A stretch of DNA of 64,000 nt, taken from a virus. Lineage: Duplodnaviria; Caudoviricetes. Position numbers and translations under genes: made by a program. The notes beneath the pieces are model-generated. The model was given only the letters and a program-made list of their open reading frames with translations, was not told the DNA's origin and did not search any database. The stretch lies in the IMG/VR virus record IMGVR_UViG_3300046710_000151, positions 12,584-76,583 of that record; one strand, written 5' to 3'. This document shows positions 56,524 to 64,000 of the stretch, piece by piece; position 1 is the stretch's first letter; each line of letters starts with the position of its first letter.

Positions 56524-56563
56524 TGGTGAGATGGGCGCGGGCAATTAGGGAGAAGGGGCGCAG

Positions 56564-57673
56564 ATGAGCCTTAAAGCACCCTTCCCGTGGTTCGGTGGAA
56601 AATCGCGGGTTGCCAATCTGGTCTGGGACCGGCTCGGGGACTGTGCCAACTATGTCGAGCCGTTCTTTGGCTCTGGCGCGGTGCTGCTGGCGCGTCCCAC
56701 GGCGCCCGGTATCGAGACGATAAACGACCTCGATTGCATGGTGGCGAACTTCTGGCGTGCGTTGCAGCATGATCCCGACGGGGTAGCGCATCACGCGGAT
56801 AACCCGGTCAACGAAGCCGACCAGCACGCGCGGCACTTGTGGCTGTGCAGGCAGGAAGACTTTCGGGAGCGGATGAAGGTTGACCCGGAATTCTACGACG
56901 TGAAGATTGCGGGTTGGTGGGTTTGGGGCCAGTGCATTTGGATTGGCTCCGGCTGGTGCGCCAGCAAGCTACCTCACTGCGGGGACGCGGGGACGGGCGT
57001 GCATCGCCAGCTACCTCACCTCGGGAACGCGGGGACGGGCGTGCATCGCAAGCTACCTCACCTCGGGGACGCGGGGAAGGGCGATGAATTGGAAATCGCA
57101 AGCGACCTCACCTCGGGAACGCGGGGAAGGGATCTCGCCGGCTATCTGACGGCGCTGGCCGAACGGCTGCGCAAGGTGCGCGTGTGTTGCGGTGACTGGG
57201 CGCGCGTCTGCGGGCCTTCGCCCACATTCAAGCACGGGGTAACGGGCGTATTCTTGGACCCGCCGTACTCCGATGAAGCGGAACGGCAGAACGATCTGTA
57301 CGCCACCGACAGCGGAACCGTGGCGCAGGACGTTCGCGCCTGGGCCTTGGCAAACGGGGACAACCCGCTGCTTCGCATCGCGCTCTGCGGCTATGACGGG
57401 GAGTACCAGATTCCCGATACCTGGGAAGCGGTGGCATGGAAAGCGCGCGGCGGGTATGGATCGCAAGGAGACGGGAGGGGCAGGGAGAACGCGCCCCGGG
57501 AAACCATCTGGTTCAGCCCGCATTGTCTCAGGCCGCAAGGGAACCTGTTTCACTTCAGCGCACCGGACCCGCCGATTCCGCAGAATAGCGAACTGTTCGG
57601 GCGCGTGCTCGGAGAAATCGATCACTGCAAAGACATGGCGCTTTTGACCGCGCCGAAGGACGTGGAAGAGTGA
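56564..57673 (+). CDS. DNA adenine methyltransferase (Dam/D12 class)
   Basis: PFPWFGGK, YVEPF.GSGAV, NDLD and FLDPPY. Confidence 0.9.
   Translation: MSLKAPFPWFGGKSRVANLVWDRLGDCANYVEPFFGSGAVLLARPTAPGIETINDLDCMVANFWRALQHDPDGVAHHADNPVNEADQHARHLWLCRQEDFRERMKVDPEFYDVKIAGWWVWGQCIWIGSGWCASKLPHCGDAGTGVHRQLPHLGNAGTGVHRKLPHLGDAGKGDELEIASDLTSGTRGRDLAGYLTALAERLRKVRVCCGDWARVCGPSPTFKHGVTGVFLDPPYSDEAERQNDLYATDSGTVAQDVRAWALANGDNPLLRIALCGYDGEYQIPDTWEAVAWKARGGYGSQGDGRGRENAPRETIWFSPHCLRPQGNLFHFSAPDPPIPQNSELFGRVLGEIDHCKDMALLTAPKDVEE
56966..57133 (+). repeat. 42-bp in-frame tandem repeats inside the methylase
   Basis: KLPH(C/L)G(D/N)AGTGVHR at 56966, 57008, 57050, plus a partial copy near 57108. Confidence 0.9.
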
Positions 57674-58086
57674 GCCAACAAATGCCGCTGATTGATATTT
57701 CGGAGTATGAGGTCCAAGCCGAACCAGTACCGGTCCCAAAGCCGAAACCGGACATCATTTATCTGGTGGTGGCCTGGTCCGAATCCGGAGGTTACTGGAA
57801 AGTTCATCGCGATAGCATGCACGATCAGCATTGTGAATCGGATGATAGCAAGCGGTTCACTGAAGGAACGGCACGCGAGCGAGCTATTGCCGCGGCAAAG
57901 AAGCTAGCGGTGCAGTGGACGCATCGCGGCATTGTGCGCCTCCCGGTGGGCCCCAGAGCCGATGCCAGCGCCGGGCACCCGGCGACGGTTGGCATCGGCG
58001 GCGGGGAACAAGCGGCCTCGGACACGGCGACAGAGGCTCGGAACCTTCTCAGGCCAACTCCAAAGGAACATAATGCCGCTGACTGA
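57670..58086 (+). CDS. hypothetical protein ending in a hairpin repeat
   Basis: GTGA-coupled. Confidence 0.5.
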   Translation: MSQQMPLIDISEYEVQAEPVPVPKPKPDIIYLVVAWSESGGYWKVHRDSMHDQHCESDDSKRFTEGTARERAIAAAKKLAVQWTHRGIVRLPVGPRADASAGHPATVGIGGGEQAASDTATEARNLLRPTPKEHNAAD

Positions 58087-58699
58087 ACCGGTGCGCAGGC
58101 TGGATAGAGAACGAAAGATCGCAGCGCTTCGCCGCCTTGCGGAGCGTCCCGGTACCGAAGCTGAAGGCATAGCCGCCCGTGCCGCCCTGGAGCGCCTTGG
58201 GGCATCGGATCTGTCTACTACGGACCCGTGGGAGTTGTTCCGCCAGTTTTTACGCACGGGCGACATGGAGACGCTGTGGGAAGCTACGAAGGATCACCAC
58301 ATCTGCGCATGTGGATCAGCCTATGCGCGTGGGACGCCGTACTGCTCCAAACTCACAAAGCACTGGGATATTCAGGCTGAAATCAAACGGCGTTTCCCGT
58401 TGGGAACCCGTGTCTATTACAACAAGTGGGCCTATACTGCAAACGACCCGGCCACAGTTGTCGGTTACTCCCAAAAGCCATCGAACTGGAACTGTATCCG
58501 CGTCCAATTTGACAATCTGAAAACGAAGCGCAGCATCCCGATCTTCGAGTACGATAACTGGCATCTTTCGACGGAGCCAATACCGGAAGGCCCACAGGCT
58601 GATCTGCTTCGCGGCATCACGGAAGCAATGCGGACATCCACAGAGGCTCGAACCCTTCTCAGGCCAACTCCAGAAAGCGCCGAAGGCGCGCAAAGCTAA
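58073..58699 (+). CDS. hypothetical protein (DUF2786-like N-terminal helix pair)
   Basis: KIAALRRLAERPGTEAEG.AARAALERL. Confidence 0.55.
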   Translation: MPLTEPVRRLDRERKIAALRRLAERPGTEAEGIAARAALERLGASDLSTTDPWELFRQFLRTGDMETLWEATKDHHICACGSAYARGTPYCSKLTKHWDIQAEIKRRFPLGTRVYYNKWAYTANDPATVVGYSQKPSNWNCIRVQFDNLKTKRSIPIFEYDNWHLSTEPIPEGPQADLLRGITEAMRTSTEARTLLRPTPESAEGAQS

Positions 58700-58705
58700 T
58701 CTCTC

Positions 58706-58933
58706 ATGCTCATGCTCATCTGTCCTTGCGGTCGCCGTACACCCTTGCCGGAGTCTACCGGCTCCTACCGGTGTACGGAGTGCAGCCACATCACGTTATT
58801 GACCTGGTTCGAAGGGCCAGACCCACTCGCCGCATTCCGCGCCGTTGCTGCACGCCGCGCCCTCGCTCGGATCACGGAACGTGTAAACGTCGAATTTTTT
58901 GTCACGTCACAGGAAGTCCCATCTTGCCAGTAG
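58706..58933 (+). CDS. small zinc-ribbon protein
   Basis: CPCG...CTEC. Confidence 0.5.
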   Translation: MLMLICPCGRRTPLPESTGSYRCTECSHITLLTWFEGPDPLAAFRAVAARRALARITERVNVEFFVTSQEVPSCQ

Positions 58934-61473
58934 AACAACCCGCGCCAATGCTCGATTGGGCTCTGCGCTACATCCGTATGGGCTGGCCCGTGATCCCCTT
59001 GCGAGGCAAGATCCCACTCACCAAGAACGGATCGCACGATGCCACACTCGACGAAAAGCAAGCGCTGGAATGGTGGACGAAGTGGGCTGAAGCCAACATC
59101 GGGGTAGCTACGGGCCATCGCTTTTTCGCCTTGGACGTGGATATCAAGGGTGGCGGGGAAGAGAGTTTCGACTTCCTGCGCCACCAGCACGGTGCCTTCC
59201 CTGATACGGCGGAGCAGATCACTGGCACGGGCGGCCGGCATTTGCTTTTCTTGCCGCCGGATTTTCCGGTCAGAAACTCAACAAGCGCGATCGCACCGGG
59301 AATCGATATCCGGGGCGTGGGTGGCTACATCGTGGTGGCTCCCAGTATTCACCCGGAAACGAAGCGCGCCTACGATTGGGACGGCCTCCGTGAGATCGAG
59401 GAGCAGCCTATTGCCGCAGCGCCGGCCTGGCTGCTCGACAAGCTGCGCGCAGGTCCGGCAGCGCAGATCCAAGCGAAGCCTGCCCCTGCAAACATCAGCG
59501 AGGGCAACCGCAACACCCAACTCTACAAGCTCGCCTGCTCACAACGGCGCAAGGGTCTGTCCGAATTCGAGATCCTGGCCACCTTGCGGGCTAGCAATCA
59601 GGTCCGATGCTCCCCGCCGCTGCCTGATGCCGAACTCGAAACCATTGCCAAATCCGCCGCCCGTCACGCCCCCGATGCGCGGGCGCTGTTCGTCGTGGGT
59701 GACCGGGGTGACAAATCGTCAAAGGACGCACGCCCTGACGAACAGACGAATGAACTCCGGCTGAAAGCTGTAGACGTGGAAGCGGCGATAGACGACGCGA
59801 TCACGCGCAACGATCTGGTGGGCGCAATCAAGCTCGCGCCGGAAGTGGCCATTCTGCGGCCCATGATGCGGGCCGTCGTGGCGGTCAAACTGCGCCAGCA
59901 CTTCGGGCGGGAATTTCCAGCCCGCGACTTTGATCGGGCGGTGAAGGACGCAGTTGGGGGAGAAGAGAACCCGCCCGCGCCGCCGAATGCCCCGCCTGAT
60001 GCTGGACAGCCTCTTGGGGGCGGCCCCGACCTCCGCTGGTATCCGTTGACCGATGCGGGCAACGGGGAGCGTATTGCGGCTCTGTTCGGCGCGGACATCC
60101 GCTATTGCGTCGAGATGCGGCGCTGGCTGGTGTGGGACGGCAAACGTTGGGCAGTGGACGATTTCAATGTGATCCGGCAACGGGCGAAACAAATGGCGCG
60201 GATGCTCTACCTGCAATCGGCAGGGATGACGCAATTAGAGAAGCACGCGCGGGCCTCGGAGTCCTTCGCCATGGGAACGGCCGCGCTGGGGTATGCGGCG
60301 ACCGAAAAGGGCATCCCGGTATCGGCTGCGGATCTCGACCAGCAGCCATATCTATTGAACTGTCCCAATGGCGTGATCGATCTGCGCACCATGGGGCTGC
60401 TACCCTTCGACCGGGGCTTTCTGATTACAAAGCTCTGCCCGGTGCCTTTTGATCCCAAAGCGCAGGCGCCACGCTTCCAGGCATTCGTCGAGTGGGCCAT
60501 GGGCGGCGGCGCGAATCCCGACGCTGAACTGAGCGAGCATACTGTGCGCTTGGTGGGTTTCCTGCAACGGGCCTTCGGTTATGCACTCACTTCAGACGTA
60601 TCGGAGAAAGCCATTTTTGTTTTACACGGAGAACAGGGCAACAATGGCAAGACGACGCTCTTGACGCTCTTCCGAGACCTGTTGGGCAAAGACTACTCTG
60701 GCCAGCTTTCCATTGACACGGTGATGACGATGAAGAATCAGGATGCGACCGCACGGGCGGATCTGGCGGATTTGCGTGGGACGCGGCTGGTGGTCACATC
60801 CGAAGTCGAAAAGGAGCACAAACTCGACGAAGGAAAAATCAAATACATCACTGCGGGGATGGGTGAGATCAAGAGTTGCCGCAAATACGAGAACCCCATC
60901 GAGTTCAAGGCCACCCACAAGCTATTTATGGATTGCAACCACCGACCCAGGGTCCGGGGGACGGACGACGCCATCTGGCGGCGTTTGAAGTTGGTCCCCT
61001 TTGAGATCACGATCCCCGACGAGCAGAAGGATTTGCAACTACCGGACAAGCTACGCACGGAACTGCCAGGCATTCTTGCTTGGGCCGTGCGTGGCGCTAT
61101 GGCGTGGTTCAAAGATGGGCTCGGCGATCCGCCCGAGGTCGGGCAGGCCGGCATCGAATGGCGGGAGCATGACGACCCGCTCAAAGAATTTCTCGAAGAC
61201 TGCTGCGAATCGGGTGAGGACCTGTTTATCCACGCTTCCGAATTGGCCGCCGGCTACGAATGGTGGGCCAAGCAGAACCGCGAGCGCTACCCACTGGGGC
61301 GTGAAGCCTTTAACGAACGGTTGCTCGCCAAGGGCTACAAGCAAAGCCGCGGGCGGCGCAATGAGCAGGACAAGCAATTCCGTGCCTGGGAGGGGATTGA
61401 ACTGAAAAACGAGGTGACGGTGGCGCTGCAAAAGCGCAGCGGGCAGCCGTCACGGTGGGACGGCCAGGAATAG
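58924..61473 (+). CDS. bifunctional primase-polymerase fused to PriCT and a P4/D5-type SF3 helicase
   Basis: GWPV.PL.GK.P, NIG.ATG, LDVD, TG.GG.H, DIRG.GGY.V.PS.H; EG.RN; TD.GN; Walker A GEQGNNGKTT; start TTG 58924 or ATG 58948. Confidence 0.92.
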   Translation: MPVEQPAPMLDWALRYIRMGWPVIPLRGKIPLTKNGSHDATLDEKQALEWWTKWAEANIGVATGHRFFALDVDIKGGGEESFDFLRHQHGAFPDTAEQITGTGGRHLLFLPPDFPVRNSTSAIAPGIDIRGVGGYIVVAPSIHPETKRAYDWDGLREIEEQPIAAAPAWLLDKLRAGPAAQIQAKPAPANISEGNRNTQLYKLACSQRRKGLSEFEILATLRASNQVRCSPPLPDAELETIAKSAARHAPDARALFVVGDRGDKSSKDARPDEQTNELRLKAVDVEAAIDDAITRNDLVGAIKLAPEVAILRPMMRAVVAVKLRQHFGREFPARDFDRAVKDAVGGEENPPAPPNAPPDAGQPLGGGPDLRWYPLTDAGNGERIAALFGADIRYCVEMRRWLVWDGKRWAVDDFNVIRQRAKQMARMLYLQSAGMTQLEKHARASESFAMGTAALGYAATEKGIPVSAADLDQQPYLLNCPNGVIDLRTMGLLPFDRGFLITKLCPVPFDPKAQAPRFQAFVEWAMGGGANPDAELSEHTVRLVGFLQRAFGYALTSDVSEKAIFVLHGEQGNNGKTTLLTLFRDLLGKDYSGQLSIDTVMTMKNQDATARADLADLRGTRLVVTSEVEKEHKLDEGKIKYITAGMGEIKSCRKYENPIEFKATHKLFMDCNHRPRVRGTDDAIWRRLKLVPFEITIPDEQKDLQLPDKLRTELPGILAWAVRGAMAWFKDGLGDPPEVGQAGIEWREHDDPLKEFLEDCCESGEDLFIHASELAAGYEWWAKQNRERYPLGREAFNERLLAKGYKQSRGRRNEQDKQFRAWEGIELKNEVTVALQKRSGQPSRWDGQE

Positions 61474-61499
61474 GCTGGTAGCCTAGTTTCGCGCGATTG

Positions 61500-61800
61500 A
61501 CTAGCGCGGCGTGACAGCCGTGACGTGCACGATAAGTGTGCCTATTGAAAATGAATGGTAAGTCGTCACATTGTCACCCTGCCTGTCACAATCTCGTCAC
61601 ATCTGTCGTAAGCCTCTCATACCACTTAACTTACACTATATGTACCGAAGAATCTGTGACAACCTATCTATAAGATAATAAAAGGCTGTGACGCTGTGAC
61701 GCTGTTTTGAGTAATAAAAATCGACTACGATCTCGTAAGGAGTAAGTTTTCCGGTGTGACTGTCACGCTTGTCACAGCGTCTTTTTGGGAACATTTCCAC
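61500..61800. other. putative replication origin (iterons plus AT-rich tract)
   Basis: 12 GTGAC/GTCAC pentamers in both orientations (61511-61775), directly after the primase-helicase. Confidence 0.6.
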
Positions 61801-61991
61801 TTGACAACGTTTGGGAGTTTAAGGCACAATTGCTATCGACTGGAGTGCTCACGAAAGCGCCCCGGCGTAGCAAGACACTTTGAGGCTTGTAGAATCCCGG
61901 TCGTAGTGAAGCGGCTTCGCTTTTCTCTTCCGCCCACCTTGCCGAACGTTCGGCAGTCCAAACCTTAGGCCACCGCCAGAAGTGTCCCCTA

Positions 61992-62432
61992 ATGTCTCAA
62001 TCCCAAGTACGAATCCATAATCCCAAGTCCTGTAATCCGTACACGTCCTTAAGATCCGCTCGTCGGGCAGTGGAACGGAGCCGCGCATATTGGCGGGATC
62101 GTAGCGGTCAGCGTATGGCGGAGATTCCGCAATGTGCGAAGCACCGCGCCGGAGGATCGATCGAATACATCGACGATGCCGACTACCGCGCGGCGAGCGT
62201 TGCCCGTGCTTTAGAGCGCCAACGTCAAACGGGCTACGACCGCGATGTAGCGGATGGTGAGATGGCGTCTCTCGAAGCACTCGAAGGTTTGCCTATGGTT
62301 GGCGATGTCATGAAGGTATTCACGCGTCCCGGCTCGGGTCGCGCGATCCAGAGCCATCTGCATATCAGGCTGTTGACGCGTATTCTGATGCAAGATGGCC
62401 AAGCCTCTTCCGTAACCAGTTCAAATCCATGA
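61992..62432 (+). CDS. hypothetical protein
   Basis: First ORF after the origin region. Confidence 0.5.
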   Translation: MSQSQVRIHNPKSCNPYTSLRSARRAVERSRAYWRDRSGQRMAEIPQCAKHRAGGSIEYIDDADYRAASVARALERQRQTGYDRDVADGEMASLEALEGLPMVGDVMKVFTRPGSGRAIQSHLHIRLLTRILMQDGQASSVTSSNP

Positions 62433-62629
62433 AGGGCGGCAAATATCTTGCGGAAATGCGCGGCGCCTTCGAGCAAGCGCCGGAGCAAGCGTCGGTGATG
62501 ACAGTGGAAGACGTGGTAGAACTTGCCCGCGCGCCGTTGTACGCGTTCGCGGCAACGCACGATGGGCAACCACCGCTTCCTTGGCTGGAACGATTTGTTA
62601 GCATGTTCCGCCACCAGGAGCCCGCATGA
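62429..62629 (+). CDS. hypothetical protein
   Basis: ATGA-coupled. Confidence 0.45.
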   Translation: MKGGKYLAEMRGAFEQAPEQASVMTVEDVVELARAPLYAFAATHDGQPPLPWLERFVSMFRHQEPA

Positions 62630-62811
62630 GAAATGGATTGTGCGATTTCTCGCCGCGATTGCAGGTCGCTCCAGGTGACCATGTGGTGATCTCCAATCCG
62701 CACTTGGTGGATACGGATGGCCAAACCGCTACGGTCGTACGGTGTGCCTTGTCTGTACGGGTAAGGCTCGCCAGCGTCATGGAGCGATATGTAGGGGAAT
62801 TATATAGATGA
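62626..62811 (+). CDS. hypothetical protein
   Basis: ATGA-coupled. Confidence 0.4.
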   Translation: MRNGLCDFSPRLQVAPGDHVVISNPHLVDTDGQTATVVRCALSVRVRLASVMERYVGELYR

Positions 62812-63074
62812 CTACCTCTACAGACGGAAAGACCATTGTTTACATAGTCTTCAATGCGGATGGATATGAGTGCAAGGATTTTGTAGGAGCCTTTGAATCA
62901 GAAGCGGCAGCACTCGCTGCTGCACAACGCATCGAAGGGCTAATCCGGCGCTTCTACGCTGAACGCATGGAAGGGCGGCTGGAGTGGGCGGGAGCCGTAA
63001 CGGTTGAGCCCGTAGTGCTCGGTGATTACGATCTGCCTGGGGTCGCCTTTGCGATGGAAGACGTTGCCGGGTAG
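62808..63074 (+). CDS. hypothetical protein (DUF7336-like)
   Basis: VYIVF...GYE...FVG.F.SE..A. Confidence 0.5.
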   Translation: MTTSTDGKTIVYIVFNADGYECKDFVGAFESEAAALAAAQRIEGLIRRFYAERMEGRLEWAGAVTVEPVVLGDYDLPGVAFAMEDVAG

Positions 63075-63303
63075 TCAAGTATATAATTCCCATATGTAGA
63101 CTATCGTGATTTACGGATCGCGCCGGCTGCTCTTTCCGTCCCGTCTCCCGGCCCTCGGAGAGCATCGCGCCCCGCGTTGATGGATGCTGTCGGGAGCGGG
63201 GCGGTTTTGCTTTCCGGCAAAACAGCAACCGGAACCGATTTCCCAAATGTGGATCTCTTCTGTCCTGCTGAACGCGTGGCGCGCGTCCTGCGCTTGCCTG
63301 CTC

Positions 63304-63816
63304 CTACAGGCTGGCCAGGTAGGCCAGGTGTTGGGTGTAGGTGTAGCATCGCCTGGGTGTCGGCAGTGCGATAGCGGCCAGGCGTGCATCAATCTGGTCC
63401 TGGTACTCGGCAGTGCGATATACCCGGTATCCGATGTACGCCCATACCGGCGTGGTCACGGCTGCCAGTATGCCGGCTGCGGGCGACTGGGCCAGCTCCG
63501 GGACGGTGATCGCCAGAGCGGTAATGGCCATGCCTGCGACAGCGCCAAATGCGGTGTAGGCGAGCTCCAGTGTGGGGATGTTCTCGATTCGTGCCACCAC
63601 GCGTGCCCATAGGCTGGGCTGGGCTGGCTGCGCAACGGCAGCCATGCACTCGGAGCAGATCAGCTCGCCGCGTGCTGTAGAGCGATTGCAAGAGCGGCCG
63701 GCGAAGGTGTAGCCCGATTTACAGCGTGCGGTCCAGGTCGGTCTGCGCGTGATGCTGGACTGATTATGCCAGTGTATGGCTGGTAGTTTGATCCCGATGT
63801 CTATGGTCTGCGTCAT
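63304..63816 (-). CDS. membrane protein (moron)
   Basis: Two TM segments; upstream TTGACA-N17-CACGAT on the minus strand (about 63856-63884). Confidence 0.55.
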   Translation of the reverse strand: MTQTIDIGIKLPAIHWHNQSSITRRPTWTARCKSGYTFAGRSCNRSTARGELICSECMAAVAQPAQPSLWARVVARIENIPTLELAYTAFGAVAGMAITALAITVPELAQSPAAGILAAVTTPVWAYIGYRVYRTAEYQDQIDARLAAIALPTPRRCYTYTQHLAYLASL

Positions 63817-63959
63817 CTGATTTTTCCTCCGATCCGGCTTCCCGAATCTGAGACCATCGTGCGGCCTATCCGCCGTGGTGTCAATGGTTTAACGGTTAGC
63901 TGCGGGGTACCTGGTAGGTACCCACTCTGCCCGCGTGGGAGTGCTGGGAGGGGGTGCTT

Positions 63960-64000
63960 GGGTCCTTCCGGGGGGGTCAAAAGCGCGCGGGTGTTTAGGT
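63960..64000 (+). other. cos-like packaging site
   Basis: GGGTCCTTCC...GGGG...CGCGGGTG resembles lambda cosQ (GGGTCCT)/cosN layout; lies after the last early genes. Confidence 0.5.

Larger units (their letters stand above)
52980..58662 (+). repeat. dispersed ~100-nt hairpin repeats at gene 3' ends
   Basis: 52980-53079, 55173-55266, 56385-56483, 57954-58052, and partial 58631-58662. Confidence 0.85.

Noticed and set aside
58726-58923. N-terminal 66 aa of the primase ORF as called by the track
   Set aside because: Overlaps the zinc-ribbon ORF 58706-58933; prim-pol motifs start after 58948

Overview
The whole window looks like one temperate, lambda-like siphophage genome segment (GC-rich, no host genes seen). 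The integrase N-terminus suggests an Acidobacteria-type host, which is inference only. Layout: 1-1.7 kb methyltransferase/glycosyltransferase cluster; 1.7-23.4 kb tail module (tail tube, G/GT chaperones with a -1 slippery site, 1513-aa tape measure, tail tip, discoidin protein); 23.5-29.5 kb secreted/membrane accessory genes; 29.6-33.3 kb leftward early operon; 33.3-36 kb two divergent control regions; 36-61.5 kb rightward early operon (DUF2303 pair, ParB-like, Xis-like, antisense tyrosine integrase, ASCH, DUF4326, DUF5131, Dam-type methylase, prim-pol/P4-type primase-helicase); iteron-rich putative origin at 61.5-61.8 kb; cos-like motif at the right edge. The best candidate for a new system is at 39.6-41.9 kb: a Cas12f/TnpB-like protein lacking RuvC catalytic residues and the C-terminal zinc finger, preceded by a tracrRNA-like anti-repeat, followed by a 107-aa unknown ORF and an 11-unit degenerate CRISPR-like array (core GGAAGGAACTGAAGG), with no cas1/cas2. 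Other highlights: a ~100-nt covarying hairpin repeat at gene ends, an array of mini-genes joined by a repeated stop/RBS/start linker, and a 17-bp inverted-repeat-flanked segment that could flip a ribosome-binding site onto the tail-tip gene. All family assignments come from motif recognition by eye; no searches were run.
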